This document shows, piece by piece, positions 28,257 to 38,879 of a stretch of DNA of 64,000 nucleotides. The translations under genes were made by a program, and so were the position numbers. Source of the DNA: an uncultured Gammaproteobacteria bacterium (GTDB taxonomy: Bacteria > Pseudomonadota > Gammaproteobacteria > Steroidobacterales > GCA-2729495). The notes beneath the pieces are model-generated. The model did not search any database. It was not told the DNA's origin and was given only the letters and a program-made list of their open reading frames with translations. The stretch is from positions 9,838 through 73,837 of the forward strand of contig CAKZWQ010000029.1 in assembly GCA_937921935.1 (NCBI GenBank). Direction: 5' to 3'. The number at the start of each line of letters is the position of its first letter. The stretch's first letter is position 1.

Positions 28257-28862
28257 CTAGCCCCGCCCCAGGAGCTGATCCCGCAGGTCCAGGGCCGCCT
28301 GCCCCCGATGGCTGCGGGCATTTTTTTCCGCCGGCGTGAGCTCCGCGGAATGCCGACCGCTGACCGGGTCGATGAACAACGGGTCGTAGCCGAAACCCCC
28401 GGTTCCCTTGGGGCCTTTGCCGATCCGCCCCTCCCAGCTGCGATCTGCAACCACAGGCTCCGGATCATCAGCGCCGCGCACAAAAACCATCACACAGCGA
28501 AACCGGGCGCCGCGCTGATCCGCGGGCCGGTCCTGCAGGGCAGCCAGCAGCTTCTCGTTATTAGCGGCATCGTCCGCCTCCTCGCCCGCATAGCGCGCGG
28601 ACCAGACGCCCGGCGCGCCGCCCAGGCAGTCAACCTCCAGGCCTGAGTCATCGGCAATAGCGGGCAGGCCGGTTGCGGCAGCAGCATGACGGGCCTTAAG
28701 CAGGGCGTTCTCCAGGAAAGTGACGCCGGTTTCTTCGACGGGCTCCACGCCCAGGACGCCTTGGGTGATTAATTCCCACTCATCGCCGAGTAACTGTTCC
28801 AGTTCCCGACGCTTGCCCTCGTTTGCCGTTGCCAGCACAGCGCGACGACGCGGCTGGGCCAT
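28257..28862 (-). CDS. rdgB: Non-canonical purine NTP pyrophosphatase (RdgB/HAM1)
   Basis: '[11 protein letters not shown]', 'ADDSGLEV', 'GFGYDPLF' motifs. Confidence 0.93.
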   Translation of the reverse strand: MAQPRRRAVLATANEGKRRELEQLLGDEWELITQGVLGVEPVEETGVTFLENALLKARHAAAATGLPAIADDSGLEVDCLGGAPGVWSARYAGEEADDAANNEKLLAALQDRPADQRGARFRCVMVFVRGADDPEPVVADRSWEGRIGKGPKGTGGFGYDPLFIDPVSGRHSAELTPAEKNARSHRGQAALDLRDQLLGRG

Positions 28863-28865
28863 GGG

Positions 28866-29600
28866 TCAGTCACTCTCGCGCCAGGCTGCAAAAGCCTCGC
28901 GCTGAGCCGTCATGATCTGCTCGATACCAGAGGATGCCAAGGCCAGCATTTGGTCGAGCTCATCGCGCCGGAATGCGTGTCCTTCCGCCGTACCCTGAAT
29001 TTCAATGAAGGCGCCGGCGTCATTCATGACCACGTTCATGTCCGTTTCCGCGTTGGAGTCCTCAGCGTACTCCAGGTCCAGAACCGCCTCGCCGTTACAG
29101 ATGCCGACGGATACAGCAGCTACCTGGCCATGCACGGGTTCGCCGCTCAGCTGGCCCCGGCGCTGCAGCCGATCCGTCGCCAGGCGCAGCGCCAGATAAG
29201 CGCCGGAGATCGATGCTGTGCGCGTGCCACCGTCGGCCTGCAGCACATCGCAGTCCAGCGTCACCGTGTGCTCGCCCAGGGCATTAAGGTCTATAGCCGC
29301 GCGCAGGGAGCGACCAATTAAACGCTGGATTTCAACGGTGCGGCCGCCCTGTTTGCCTGCAGCTGCCTCCCGACGCACACGGGTATGGGTTGCGCGCGGC
29401 AGCATGCCGTACTCTGCCGTGACCCAACCCTGATTGCGGCCGCGCAAAAAGGGCGGTACGCCACTGTCGATGCTCGCCGTGCACAGCACGCGCGTAGCGC
29501 CGAACTCGACCAGCACAGCGCCTTCAGCGTGAGCAGTAAAGTCGGTAATAAATCGCAGTTCGCGCAGTTCTTCGGGCCGGCGGCCGCTGGGACGGCTCAA
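28866..29600 (-). CDS. rph: Ribonuclease PH
   Basis: '[11 protein letters not shown]', '[16 protein letters not shown]' motifs. TTG start overlaps the stop of the upstream PP2C gene (TTGA). Confidence 0.95.
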   Translation of the reverse strand: MSRPSGRRPEELRELRFITDFTAHAEGAVLVEFGATRVLCTASIDSGVPPFLRGRNQGWVTAEYGMLPRATHTRVRREAAAGKQGGRTVEIQRLIGRSLRAAIDLNALGEHTVTLDCDVLQADGGTRTASISGAYLALRLATDRLQRRGQLSGEPVHGQVAAVSVGICNGEAVLDLEYAEDSNAETDMNVVMNDAGAFIEIQGTAEGHAFRRDELDQMLALASSGIEQIMTAQREAFAAWRESD

Positions 29601-30400
29601 GACGCTGACTTCCCGTTGTGCAGCCTGACCGCCACTGCCGAGGTGTTGTCAGCATAGGGGCCACAGGCTTTGACTGCTTGCTGCCCCAGGCTAAGCAGAC
29701 CTTCGTAGAGGCCGGCATTGCCGGCGATCGTCTGGCTGATTTCCTCATCACCCAGGCCGGACCAAAGGCCGTCCGTGCAGGCCAACAGGGTGTCCCCTTC
29801 GCGCAATCGCTTCTGGCCGGTAATGGACATGCTCGGCAAACGCGGGTCACCCCCCAGGCAGCACTCAACAAAATTTCGCATGGGATGGTCTGAAATCTCC
29901 TCTTCACGGATCAGGCCTTCGCGCAACAGCAATTCCACATGACTGTGATCGCGCGTGCGTTCCACCACCTTGGCGTCGCGCAGCAGGTAAATCCGGCTGT
30001 CGCCGGCATGGGCCCAGTAAGCAGCGCCGTCCTGAATCAGGCAAAGAGCGCAGGTTGCCCGCGGTCGGGTATCCACCGGGACATCGATACCCAGGGTCAC
30101 CAGATTTGAGTGAGCCTTGCCGATGACCAGATGCAGGAAGCCCTGGGGGTCGAAGATGGGCTGGGACGTGCGTTCAAAAACCTGCGCGATGGTCTGGCTC
30201 GCGACCTCTGCGGCCTTGGCGCCATCCGAATGACCACCCATGCCGTCGATGCAGATCATCAGGGTCGCGCCATCGCCCGCGGCGATCTGCACCCGATCCT
30301 GATTCTCGCTGCGATCCCCGAGGAGGGTCAGTTCTGCGTGTTCGATCTGCAAGGTTGATCCCAAAAAAACAGCCACGGGCTTATTAGTTATCCTGCCCAA
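29597..30400 (-). CDS. PP2C-family Ser/Thr protein phosphatase, stand-alone
   Basis: 'ICIDGMGGH', 'HAGDSRIY', 'LLACTDGLW', 'DNTSAVAV' motifs. N-terminal start is uncertain. Confidence 0.85.
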   Translation of the reverse strand: MGRITNKPVAVFLGSTLQIEHAELTLLGDRSENQDRVQIAAGDGATLMICIDGMGGHSDGAKAAEVASQTIAQVFERTSQPIFDPQGFLHLVIGKAHSNLVTLGIDVPVDTRPRATCALCLIQDGAAYWAHAGDSRIYLLRDAKVVERTRDHSHVELLLREGLIREEEISDHPMRNFVECCLGGDPRLPSMSITGQKRLREGDTLLACTDGLWSGLGDEEISQTIAGNAGLYEGLLSLGQQAVKACGPYADNTSAVAVRLHNGKSAS

Positions 30401-30548
30401 GGCAGGAAATGCGGGCGGCTGAGAAAAAACCGCGGCCGGTCACTACACTATGCCCTGCCCGGGCGATCATTGTAGGTACCCGACCTCACTGATGCACCCG
30501 TACTTTGCATAACAGGACACCCCATATTGGGGTACAGGGGATTAGCCA

Positions 30549-31415
30549 ATGATTCGCAGCATGACCGGTTTCGCGCGCGTGGAGCTGCAACAAGGCCCAA
30601 TCAGCCTGCGCTGGGAACTGAGATCTGTTAACCATCGCTACCTGGACGCGAGCCTGCGCCTGCCCGATTCCCTGCGGCCCCACGAGGCTGAACTGCGCGG
30701 TGCAATTGCCGGCCACGTGGGTCGAGGCAAGCTTGATGCAAGCCTGCACCTGAGCGCCGATGCTGCGGATGCCGGTGCGCTGCAGCTCAACCTGGAGGTG
30801 GCTCGTCAGGTCATCAAGGTGGGGGAACGCGTCGCTGGGGAATTACAGAGTGCAGCGCCCATCGACCCTCTGAGCGTGCTGCGCTGGCCCGGTGTGCTGG
30901 AAGCCGAGGAACCGGAAACCGAAGCCCTGCTGCCCATCGTGCGCAAGGCGCTGGATCAGGCCATCGGCGAACTGTGTGATGCGCGGGCCCGAGAAGGCGA
31001 AAAAATCTCCGCCATGCTGGAAAGCCGCTGCACAGAAATTCTGCAGCTGGTGACCGAGGTGCGCGCCCGCCTGCCCCAGGTGCTCGTCGATATTCGTGCC
31101 CGCCTGCTCGATCGCATTCAGGCCCTGGACCTGACGCCCGATCAGGAGCGCCTGGAACAGGAGCTGGCCTTGCTGGCCCAGAAGATGGACGTCAGTGAAG
31201 AACTCGACAGGCTGGAAGCTCACGTGGCCGAAGTCCGGACCACTCTGGCCCAGTCGGAGCCCGTTGGCCGGCGGCTGGACTTCCTGATGCAGGAGCTGAA
31301 TCGTGAGGCCAATACCCTGGCCTCCAAATCCGCTGATAAAGAGACCACCCGCCAATCCGTCGACCTGAAAGTGATCATCGAGCAGATGCGCGAGCAGGTA
31401 CAGAACGTCGAGTAA
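30549..31415 (+). CDS. yicC: YicC-family stress-induced protein
   Basis: 'MIRSMTGFA', 'ELRSVNHRYLD', 'QELNREANTLASKS' motifs. Confidence 0.92.
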   Translation: MIRSMTGFARVELQQGPISLRWELRSVNHRYLDASLRLPDSLRPHEAELRGAIAGHVGRGKLDASLHLSADAADAGALQLNLEVARQVIKVGERVAGELQSAAPIDPLSVLRWPGVLEAEEPETEALLPIVRKALDQAIGELCDARAREGEKISAMLESRCTEILQLVTEVRARLPQVLVDIRARLLDRIQALDLTPDQERLEQELALLAQKMDVSEELDRLEAHVAEVRTTLAQSEPVGRRLDFLMQELNREANTLASKSADKETTRQSVDLKVIIEQMREQVQNVE

Positions 31416-31419
31416 AGCC

Positions 31420-32058
31420 ATGAAGGACGCAGCCCCCGCCGCGGGCAAGCTTTATGTGGTCACGGCACCGTCGGGAGCCGGCAAGACCACCATGGTCAAA
31501 CGCCTGGTGGAACTGCGGCCGCAGTTACGCTTTTCCGTGTCCTACACCACGCGCCCCCAGCGTGCGGGCGAAGTGGACGGCAAAGATTATTTCTTCGTGG
31601 ACCAAGACCGCTTTGCTGCCATGCATCGTGCCGGGGAATTCCTCGAGCACGCTACGGTTTTCGGCAACAGTTACGGCACCAGTCGCAGCCAGGTGCAGTC
31701 GCTGCTGGCGGCCGGCCACGATGTGTTGCTGGAGATCGACTGGCAGGGCGCCCGCCAGGTGCGAGCCAACTGGCCGGCCTGCCAGAGCATTTTCATCCTG
31801 CCGCCCAGCCTGCCTGAGCTCGAGCGCCGACTGCGGACCCGGGCCACCGACAGCGACGCGGTGATCTCGCGGCGCCTGGGCGAAGCCCGCGATGACCTGT
31901 CCCATTGGGAAGAATTTGATTTCGCCGTCATTAATGATGAGCTGGAAACAGCCGTGGCCATAGCCGTGGGCATTCTGGCGGGCGAGGGCAGCCAGGCCCG
32001 GACCACGGACCAGGCCCTGCGAGCGCAGATCAGCGCCCTGCTGCAGGGCAACCAGTGA
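31420..32058 (+). CDS. gmk: Guanylate kinase
   Basis: 'APSGAGKTT', 'SVSYTTRPQR', 'LLEIDWQGA' motifs. Confidence 0.95.
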   Translation: MKDAAPAAGKLYVVTAPSGAGKTTMVKRLVELRPQLRFSVSYTTRPQRAGEVDGKDYFFVDQDRFAAMHRAGEFLEHATVFGNSYGTSRSQVQSLLAAGHDVLLEIDWQGARQVRANWPACQSIFILPPSLPELERRLRTRATDSDAVISRRLGEARDDLSHWEEFDFAVINDELETAVAIAVGILAGEGSQARTTDQALRAQISALLQGNQ

Positions 32059-32125
32059 GCCGGATCGTTGCCAGCCCGCCCCGATGCGGGTAGGCTACGC
32101 GGCCCTTTCACCAAGGACGTAAGTC

Positions 32126-32416
32126 ATGGCCCGGATCACTGTCGAAGACTGCCTGGAAAATGTCGACAACCTGTTTGAGCTGGTAATGGTCGCCTCCAAG
32201 CGCGCCCGCCGCCTGGCCAATGGTGCCGAGCCCATGGTGGATTGGGAAAATGACAAACCCACGGTGGTGGCCCTGCGGGAAGTGGCCGAAGGTCTCGTGG
32301 GCCCGGAAATTCTCGACGATGTGGATGTCCCGCCTGAGGAGCTGCTGAGCACCGACCAGGCAGAAGAGATTCTTGCGAGCACACCGCTGCCGCGCATGGA
32401 GAATCTCGAAGACTGA
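32126..32416 (+). CDS. rpoZ: DNA-directed RNA polymerase subunit omega
   Basis: 'MARITVEDC...[16 protein letters not shown]'. Confidence 0.95.
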   Translation: MARITVEDCLENVDNLFELVMVASKRARRLANGAEPMVDWENDKPTVVALREVAEGLVGPEILDDVDVPPEELLSTDQAEEILASTPLPRMENLED

Positions 32417-32491
32417 CGCAGCGCGGCGCCCGCCGCCTGTTTCAATGCCGGCCCTCCCGGGCCCCCGCGTTCCCTGCGCTAGAATCAGTGC

Positions 32492-34648
32492 ATGGATTAC
32501 GCCGCTGCAATTTTGAATCGCTTGCCGACGACCCGACGCGGGACCGGCTTCAAGCGCCTGCTCGGCAAGATCAGTTATCTGAACCAGGAACAGCTCGACC
32601 AGGTCGCCGAGGCCTACGAAGTCGCCGCCCAGGCTCACGAAGGCCAGCGCCGCTACTCGGGCGAGGCTTACATCACTCACCCTGTGGCGGTCGCTGCCAT
32701 CCTTGCCGACCTGCGCCTGGACAATCAGACCATTGCCGCGGCCCTGATGCATGACGTCATCGAGGACACTCCCACTGCCAAGGAACAGATCGAGCGGCAG
32801 TTCGGCAGCGAAATAGCCGGGCTGGTAGATGGCGTCAGCAAGCTCGATCAACTTAACTTCGACAGCCGGGCAGAAGCGCAGGTAGAAAGTTTTCGCAAGA
32901 TGATGCTGGCCATGGTGCAGGACATCCGCGTGATGCTGCTGAAGCTGGCCGACCGTCTGCACAACATGCAAACCCTGGAATCGCTGCCGCCGGCAAAGCA
33001 GGTCAGAATTGCCCGGGAGACGCTGGAGATTTATGCGCCCATCGCGAATCGACTCGGCGTGTATTCACTGAAAACCGAGCTGGAAGAACTTGGCTTTCGC
33101 TATGCCTATCCTTACCGGCACCGGGTGCTGGACCGGGCTGTCCGCAAAGCCCAGGGCAATCAGAGGCAGATCATTCGCCGCACCTCGGAGCGCCTGGAGG
33201 CTGCCCTGAAAGCCGCCGGCATCGACAGCACGGTGCGTGGCCGCCAGAAGAATCTGTACAGCATCTACCGAAAGATGGCGACCAAGCAGCGCGCCCTGGC
33301 TGAGATCGCCGATGTTTTCGGCTTCCGGCTAATCGTCGACAGCCCGGACAACTGTTATCGCGCCCTTGGCCTGGTGCACGCGCTCTACAAACCCATGCCG
33401 GGACGCTTCAAGGACTACATCGCCATTCCCCGGGTCAACGGCTATCAGTCTTTGCACACAACGCTGTTTGGCCCCAACGGCATCCCGCTGGAAGTCCAGA
33501 TCCGCACCGAAGAAATGGAGCAGATCGCAGAACGGGGTGTGGCTTCACACTGGCAATACAAAGCCACCGATTCTCAGGTTATTCCGCCCCAGGCGCGAGC
33601 CCGTGAATGGCTGAGCAGCATCACTGAAATGGAGCTGGCCGCCAATTCCGAAGAATTCCTGGAACAGGTCAAGGTCGATCTGTTTCCGGACAAGGTTTAT
33701 GTATTCACGCCCAAAGGATCCATCATGCGGCTGCCGCGCGGCGCAACCTGTGTGGACTTTGCCTACGCTGTGCATACGGATGTCGGCAATCGCTGCGTGG
33801 CCGCGAAGATCGACCGTCGCCTGGTCCCTTTGCGCACTCAGTTGGAAAGTGGGCAGACGGTGGAGGTTATTACGGCGTCCGGCGCACACCCCAACCCGCG
33901 CTGGGTCAGTTTCGTGACCACGGCCAAGGCCCGGGCGAGCATTCGTCATTACCTGAAGAACCTGCGCTTCGGTGATGCCCGGGAACTGGGCCGGCGCCTG
34001 CTCAATCAGTCCTTGCGAGATGCGGGCAGCTCCCTGCGCAAGGTGCCGCGCGAGTCCATGCGCGCCGTGCTGGAAGAGTTCGGGCTGAACAACACCAGCG
34101 AACTGTTCGAGCAACTTGGGCTGGGCGAGCGGCTGGCGCCGCTGGTTGCCAAGGCCCTGTTGCAGAACCTGCAAAGTGGCGACGCCGAGGATGATCCGAA
34201 CCGACATCCCATTATCATTGCCGGCACCGAAGGCATGGTGTTGAGCTATGGCCGCTGCTGCCATCCCCTGCCCGGGGATCCCATCATGGGCTACCTCAGT
34301 GCAGGGCGCGGTGTTGTCATTCACCGCAATGTCTGCGGCAATCTCGGCGAGTTCCGCAAGCAACCCCACAAATGGATTGCGGTGAACTGGGAAACTGTTA
34401 TTGATCGGGATTTCTCTGTGGAGATTAAAGTCGAAGTGACGAATCGTCCCGGCGCCCTGGCAGAAATCGCGGCGAAAATCGGCGACGCCGACTCGAATAT
34501 CGAACAGGTCTCCGTCGAAGAGCGTGAAGAAGACTCTGCCGATCTGAATTTCCTGATCCTGGTCAAAGACCGGGTCCACCTGGCCCGCGTGATTCGCAGC
34601 ATCCGACATATGTCCGTCGTGCGAAGAGTGACGCGCACCTGCACCTGA
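32492..34648 (+). CDS. spoT: Bifunctional (p)ppGpp synthetase/hydrolase SpoT/RelA-type
   Basis: HD hydrolase 'HPVAVA..L..L..D...AALMHDVIEDT', RelA/SpoT synthetase domain, TGS and C-terminal ACT-like regions. Confidence 0.95.
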   Translation: MDYAAAILNRLPTTRRGTGFKRLLGKISYLNQEQLDQVAEAYEVAAQAHEGQRRYSGEAYITHPVAVAAILADLRLDNQTIAAALMHDVIEDTPTAKEQIERQFGSEIAGLVDGVSKLDQLNFDSRAEAQVESFRKMMLAMVQDIRVMLLKLADRLHNMQTLESLPPAKQVRIARETLEIYAPIANRLGVYSLKTELEELGFRYAYPYRHRVLDRAVRKAQGNQRQIIRRTSERLEAALKAAGIDSTVRGRQKNLYSIYRKMATKQRALAEIADVFGFRLIVDSPDNCYRALGLVHALYKPMPGRFKDYIAIPRVNGYQSLHTTLFGPNGIPLEVQIRTEEMEQIAERGVASHWQYKATDSQVIPPQARAREWLSSITEMELAANSEEFLEQVKVDLFPDKVYVFTPKGSIMRLPRGATCVDFAYAVHTDVGNRCVAAKIDRRLVPLRTQLESGQTVEVITASGAHPNPRWVSFVTTAKARASIRHYLKNLRFGDARELGRRLLNQSLRDAGSSLRKVPRESMRAVLEEFGLNNTSELFEQLGLGERLAPLVAKALLQNLQSGDAEDDPNRHPIIIAGTEGMVLSYGRCCHPLPGDPIMGYLSAGRGVVIHRNVCGNLGEFRKQPHKWIAVNWETVIDRDFSVEIKVEVTNRPGALAEIAAKIGDADSNIEQVSVEEREEDSADLNFLILVKDRVHLARVIRSIRHMSVVRRVTRTCT

Positions 34649-34658
34649 GAAAAACACC

Positions 34659-35039
34659 ATGAGTAGAGAAGCTGTGCACAGCGAGGCGGCGCCGGCCGCT
34701 ATCGGGACTTATTCCCAGGCCATCCGCGCCAACGACACTTTGTATGTCTCCGGGCAACTGCCTATGGACCCGGCCACAGGCGAACTGGTCCAGGGTGAGA
34801 TCCAGGTGCACATCCGCCAGGTCTTCACCAACCTGTCAGCCATTGCCGAAGCTGCCGGGGGTCGTCTGAATGATGCGGTGAAGATCAATGTTTATCTGAC
34901 GGACCTGGGTCACTTCGCTGCCGTGAACGAGATCATGGCTGAATACCTGCAGGCGCCGTACCCGGCCAGGGCAGCAGTTCAGGTCGCGGCCCTGCCGCGC
35001 GGCGCCGCCGTGGAGGCGGATGCAATCATTGCCCTCTGA
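34659..35039 (+). CDS. ridA: RidA/YjgF reactive-intermediate deaminase
   Basis: 'YSQAIRANDTLYVSGQLP', 'ARAAVQVAALPRGAAVE' motifs. Confidence 0.93.
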   Translation: MSREAVHSEAAPAAIGTYSQAIRANDTLYVSGQLPMDPATGELVQGEIQVHIRQVFTNLSAIAEAAGGRLNDAVKINVYLTDLGHFAAVNEIMAEYLQAPYPARAAVQVAALPRGAAVEADAIIAL

Positions 35040-37128
35040 TTCGGCCCGCCAGCCCGGCGCTGAGGCCAAGGCTTCCCTGACCTCCCTGCGCGGCGTCGGT
35101 CCCGCCCTGGCCGAGAAACTGGGACGACTGAGTATCCGGCAACCGGCCGACCTGCTGTTCCTGCTGCCCCAACGCTACGAAGATCGCACCCGTGTCACGC
35201 CGCTGGGATCGTTACGCGCCGGTCAGGCGGCGGTGATCGACGCCGAGGTGGAACTCACCGAAGTGGTTTATCGTCGCCGTCGCAGCCTGTTGTGTCGGCT
35301 CAGCGACGGCACGGGGCAACTCACCCTGCGGTTTTTTTATTTCTCCCGCGCCCAGCAAAACGGTCTGCAACGCGGCGCACGACTGCGAGCCTACGGATCG
35401 GTCCGAACAGGTCCGGCAGGTCTGGAGATCGTGCACCCGGAATACCGCTTGCTGGGAACTGGGCCCGCGCCTGAACTGGAAGATCGGCTCACGCCCATTT
35501 ACCCGGCGACGGAGGGCCTGCAGCAAACTCGCTTGCGCGGCCTGGTGGGGCAGGCCATGGCCCAATGCCTGGGCCACCTGCACGATTGGCTGCCAGCAGA
35601 ACACCTGGCGGAACTGGACCTGCCTGATCTGGAAGCGGCGCTGAGTTATCTGCACCAGCCGCCCGCCGGCGCAGATCTGGCGCAGCTGGCTGCCGGCACA
35701 CACCCCTGCCAACGGCGCCTCGCCCTGGAGGAAATGCTCGCGCATCATCTGAGCCTGCGCCTGATTCGTGAAGCCACGCGCACGGAACGCGCCATCCCCA
35801 TTGCCGCAGATTCAGACCTGGCCGAGCAATTCCTTGCGCAACTGAACTTTAAACTCACGGGCGGACAACAGCAGGCGCTGGCGGAAATCGGCGCGGACAT
35901 GGCGCAAAGTCATCCCATGATGCGCCTGGTGCAGGGCGACGTGGGTTGCGGCAAAACCGTGGTGGCGGCAGCGGCGGCCCTGGCCGCGGTCGCGACGGGC
36001 CAGCAGGTTGCCATCATGGCGCCCACGGAATTGCTGGCAGAACAACATCGCGAAAGTTTCTTTCGCTGGTTCGACCCTTTAGGTGTGAGAGTGGTCTGGC
36101 TGTCGGGCAGCCTGCGCGGCAAAGCCAGGGATCGAGCCTTGCAGGAAATGGCTGACGGTCGGGCCCAGGTGGTGATCGGCACCCATGCCCTGTTCCAGGA
36201 AGGCGTTGAGTATCAGCAACTGGGGCTGGTGGTGGTTGATGAGCAGCATCGCTTCGGCGTGCATCAGCGACTACAACTCATGGAAAAGGGTAACGACGGC
36301 AGCTTCCGGCCTCACCAGCTGGTCATGACGGCAACGCCAATCCCGCGCACCCTGGCCATGACTGTGTATGCCGATCTGGATGTATCGGTGATCAGCGAAT
36401 TACCCCCCGGTCGTCAGCCGATTAATACCGTTGCCTTACCTGAAGAACGGCGCGGCGATGTGGTGACGCGGGTCCGCGAAGCCTGCGCCGAAGGGCGCCG
36501 AGCCTACTGGGTCTGCCCGCTGATTGAAGACTCCGAGGCGCTGCCGTCCCAGGCCGTGGAATCCACTCACGCCATGCTCAGCCAGGCCCTGGGTGAGATT
36601 CCCGTGGGCCTGATCCATGGCCGAATGAAGCCCGAAGCGAAAGACCGGGCCATGAAACAGTTTGCGGCAGGCAAGTTGAGTGTGCTGGTTGCAACCACCG
36701 TCATTGAAGTGGGCGTGGACGTACCTGAGGCAACTCTGATGATTATCGAGAACGCCGAGCGTATGGGACTGTCGCAGCTGCATCAGCTGCGCGGTCGAGT
36801 GGGCCGCGGCAGCGACGCGAGTGCCTGCGTGCTGCTCTATCGGGCACCGCTGTCTCGCCTGGCCCGCGAACGCCTCGACACCATGCGCCGCGTCAGCGAC
36901 GGCTTTGAACTGGCCCGCAAGGATCTTGAGCTGCGCGGCCCGGGCGAAGTGCTGGGCACCCGGCAGACCGGGCTGGCCCAGCTGCGGGTGGCTGATCTGG
37001 CCCGGGATGCGGATCTCGCCCTCCCGGTGCAGACCCTGGGCCAGCATTTGCTCAAAACTTCAACGGCTGCCGTGCAGGCGATCATTGCCCGCTGGGTCGG
37101 CGAAGCAGGCCGCTTTGGCCAAGTCTGA
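35020..37128 (+). CDS. recG: ATP-dependent DNA helicase RecG
   Basis: 'QGDVGCGKT', 'VVDEQHRFG', 'HQLRGRVGRG' motifs. Overlaps ridA by 20 nt. Confidence 0.95.
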   Translation: MQSLPSDSARQPGAEAKASLTSLRGVGPALAEKLGRLSIRQPADLLFLLPQRYEDRTRVTPLGSLRAGQAAVIDAEVELTEVVYRRRRSLLCRLSDGTGQLTLRFFYFSRAQQNGLQRGARLRAYGSVRTGPAGLEIVHPEYRLLGTGPAPELEDRLTPIYPATEGLQQTRLRGLVGQAMAQCLGHLHDWLPAEHLAELDLPDLEAALSYLHQPPAGADLAQLAAGTHPCQRRLALEEMLAHHLSLRLIREATRTERAIPIAADSDLAEQFLAQLNFKLTGGQQQALAEIGADMAQSHPMMRLVQGDVGCGKTVVAAAAALAAVATGQQVAIMAPTELLAEQHRESFFRWFDPLGVRVVWLSGSLRGKARDRALQEMADGRAQVVIGTHALFQEGVEYQQLGLVVVDEQHRFGVHQRLQLMEKGNDGSFRPHQLVMTATPIPRTLAMTVYADLDVSVISELPPGRQPINTVALPEERRGDVVTRVREACAEGRRAYWVCPLIEDSEALPSQAVESTHAMLSQALGEIPVGLIHGRMKPEAKDRAMKQFAAGKLSVLVATTVIEVGVDVPEATLMIIENAERMGLSQLHQLRGRVGRGSDASACVLLYRAPLSRLARERLDTMRRVSDGFELARKDLELRGPGEVLGTRQTGLAQLRVADLARDADLALPVQTLGQHLLKTSTAAVQAIIARWVGEAGRFGQV

Positions 37129-37176
37129 GAGCCCCCCGCGCCGGCTTGCTATGCTCCGTCATCGCCGCCGTTATGA

Positions 37177-38085
37177 ATGACCATGGCCGGTTCCAACACG
37201 CAAGTCCGATTTGTCACTGAGCTGCGCCGCCAGCTTGCCCTCTATGGCCGACTGATGCGCCTGGATCGGCCCATCGGCATCTGGCTCCTGCTGTGGCCGA
37301 CCCTCTGGGCTTTGTGGATTGCCAGCGCCGGCCAACCTGAACCCCAGCTATTTATCGTTTTCGTGCTTGGCACCATCGTCATGCGCAGTGCCGGCTGTGT
37401 CATCAATGATCTGGCCGACCGAAAATTCGATGCCCATGTGGAGCGCACCCAGAACCGGCCGCTGGCCACCGGGGAAGTTGCTCCGGCCGAAGCCCTGGTT
37501 CTGTTTGTCGCCTTGTCCCTGCTGGCTATTGCCCTGCTACTGACTCTCAATACCCTGACCCGCTGGCTGGCCGTGGGCGCGGCGGGCCTGACCATTATTT
37601 ATCCCTTCACAAAACGCTTTTTCGCCGCGCCCCAACTGATTCTCGGGGCCGCTTTCGGCTGGAGCGTGCCCATGGCCTTCGCTGCGCAGACGGGCGAGAT
37701 TCCTCGGCTGGCCTGGCTCATGTGGTTAACCGTCGTGGTCTGGGCGGTGATCTACGACACCCTGTATGCCATGGCCGACCGGGAAGCAGACCAGCGCATC
37801 GGCGTGCGCTCCACCGCCCTGCTGTTCGGCAGTGCCGATCTGTTTTGCATCGGCTTGTTGCAGCTGATCCTGCTGCTGGCCCTGTTGCTGGTGGGCGAGG
37901 CGGCCGAACTAGGCGCCTGGTATCTTGGCTCTGTCGGGATAACGGCCGCGTTACTGCTGCAGCAACGTCTGAGTATTCGTGATCGCGATCCGCAAAAATG
38001 TTTCCAGGCCTTCCTGGCTAATCGCCACGTGGGTGCAACGATCTTCGCCGGTATTCTCCTGGACTACACTTTCAGCCTGGCTTGA
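37177..38085 (+). CDS. ubiA: 4-hydroxybenzoate polyprenyltransferase
   Basis: 'GCVINDLADRKFDAHVERT..RPLA' and a second Asp-rich 'YAMADREADQRIG' motif. Confidence 0.9.
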   Translation: MTMAGSNTQVRFVTELRRQLALYGRLMRLDRPIGIWLLLWPTLWALWIASAGQPEPQLFIVFVLGTIVMRSAGCVINDLADRKFDAHVERTQNRPLATGEVAPAEALVLFVALSLLAIALLLTLNTLTRWLAVGAAGLTIIYPFTKRFFAAPQLILGAAFGWSVPMAFAAQTGEIPRLAWLMWLTVVVWAVIYDTLYAMADREADQRIGVRSTALLFGSADLFCIGLLQLILLLALLLVGEAAELGAWYLGSVGITAALLLQQRLSIRDRDPQKCFQAFLANRHVGATIFAGILLDYTFSLA

Positions 38086-38792
38086 TCAGGCACCACCCGG
38101 GCGGCACACCAGGCCGTCACCTGCGCGGCACCCGCGCGCCGCAAACTGCCCGCCAGGCTGCTCAGTGTGTGGCCGGTGGTCACGACATCATCCACGATCA
38201 GCACGCGGCTGCGGGCGAGGGAGCCGCGCACACTGAAAGCGGCCGCAAGATTTTTGTGCCGGGCACGCCCCGGCAAAGCCGATTGCGCCTCGGTGTTTCG
38301 CGACCGACGGCAAAGCCGCGTGACCAGGGGCAGGCGCAGGGCGGCCGCCACCGGCCGGGCAATCTCCACCGCCTGGTTGTAACCGCGCTTGCCCAGGCGC
38401 GCAGGGTGCAGCGGTACCGGAACGATGATGTCCGCGGGCAGGGCGCAAAACGACTGCCGGGAAAGACCAGCCACCAGCAACTCGCCCAGGGCCCGGGCGC
38501 ATTCCCGCCGCGCCTGGAACTTGGCGGCGGCGACGAGGACATCCACCGGATACTCGTAAACCAGGGCGGCCCGCACCTGGGCCAGTCCGGCCAGAGCCAG
38601 GTCACAGGCCGCACACAGCCCCGGGGCTGCTCCCGGGGGCAGCGGTCCTGAGCAGCGCGGACAGGCATGCGTGATCCACGGCAGGTCCGCCCGACAGCCG
38701 ACGCAGACCCGCTCAAGGCCGGCCCTTTGCCCACACAGGACGCAAGGCCAGGGCATCAGGCAGGCAGACCAGTAGTCAACTTGATCAGGCAT
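38064..38792 (-). CDS. comF: ComF-family phosphoribosyltransferase-like protein
   Basis: N-terminal Cys pairs 'CVLCG..CVGC...CPRC' and PRT motif 'VLIVDDVVTTGHT'. Start chosen at Met 38792; the longest ORF runs to 38864. Convergent 22-nt overlap with ubiA. Confidence 0.85.
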   Translation of the reverse strand: MPDQVDYWSACLMPWPCVLCGQRAGLERVCVGCRADLPWITHACPRCSGPLPPGAAPGLCAACDLALAGLAQVRAALVYEYPVDVLVAAAKFQARRECARALGELLVAGLSRQSFCALPADIIVPVPLHPARLGKRGYNQAVEIARPVAAALRLPLVTRLCRRSRNTEAQSALPGRARHKNLAAAFSVRGSLARSRVLIVDDVVTTGHTLSSLAGSLRRAGAAQVTAWCAARVVPDQARLKV

Positions 38793-38833
38793 TGCAGGTT
38801 GACAGGCTCGAGGGGCGTTTTGATACTGCGCGG

Positions 38834-38854
38834 GTGGTGACCGTTCGGCCACCG
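38834..38854. promoter_or_regulatory. Imperfect palindrome in the comF/bioB divergent intergenic region (candidate operator or 5'-UTR hairpin)
   Basis: GGTGGTGACCG-TT-CGGCCACC: arms pair with one mismatch. Lies 26 nt upstream of the bioB ATG. Confidence 0.25.
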
Positions 38855-38879
38855 CTATAACCACGGACAGGGAACAGAT

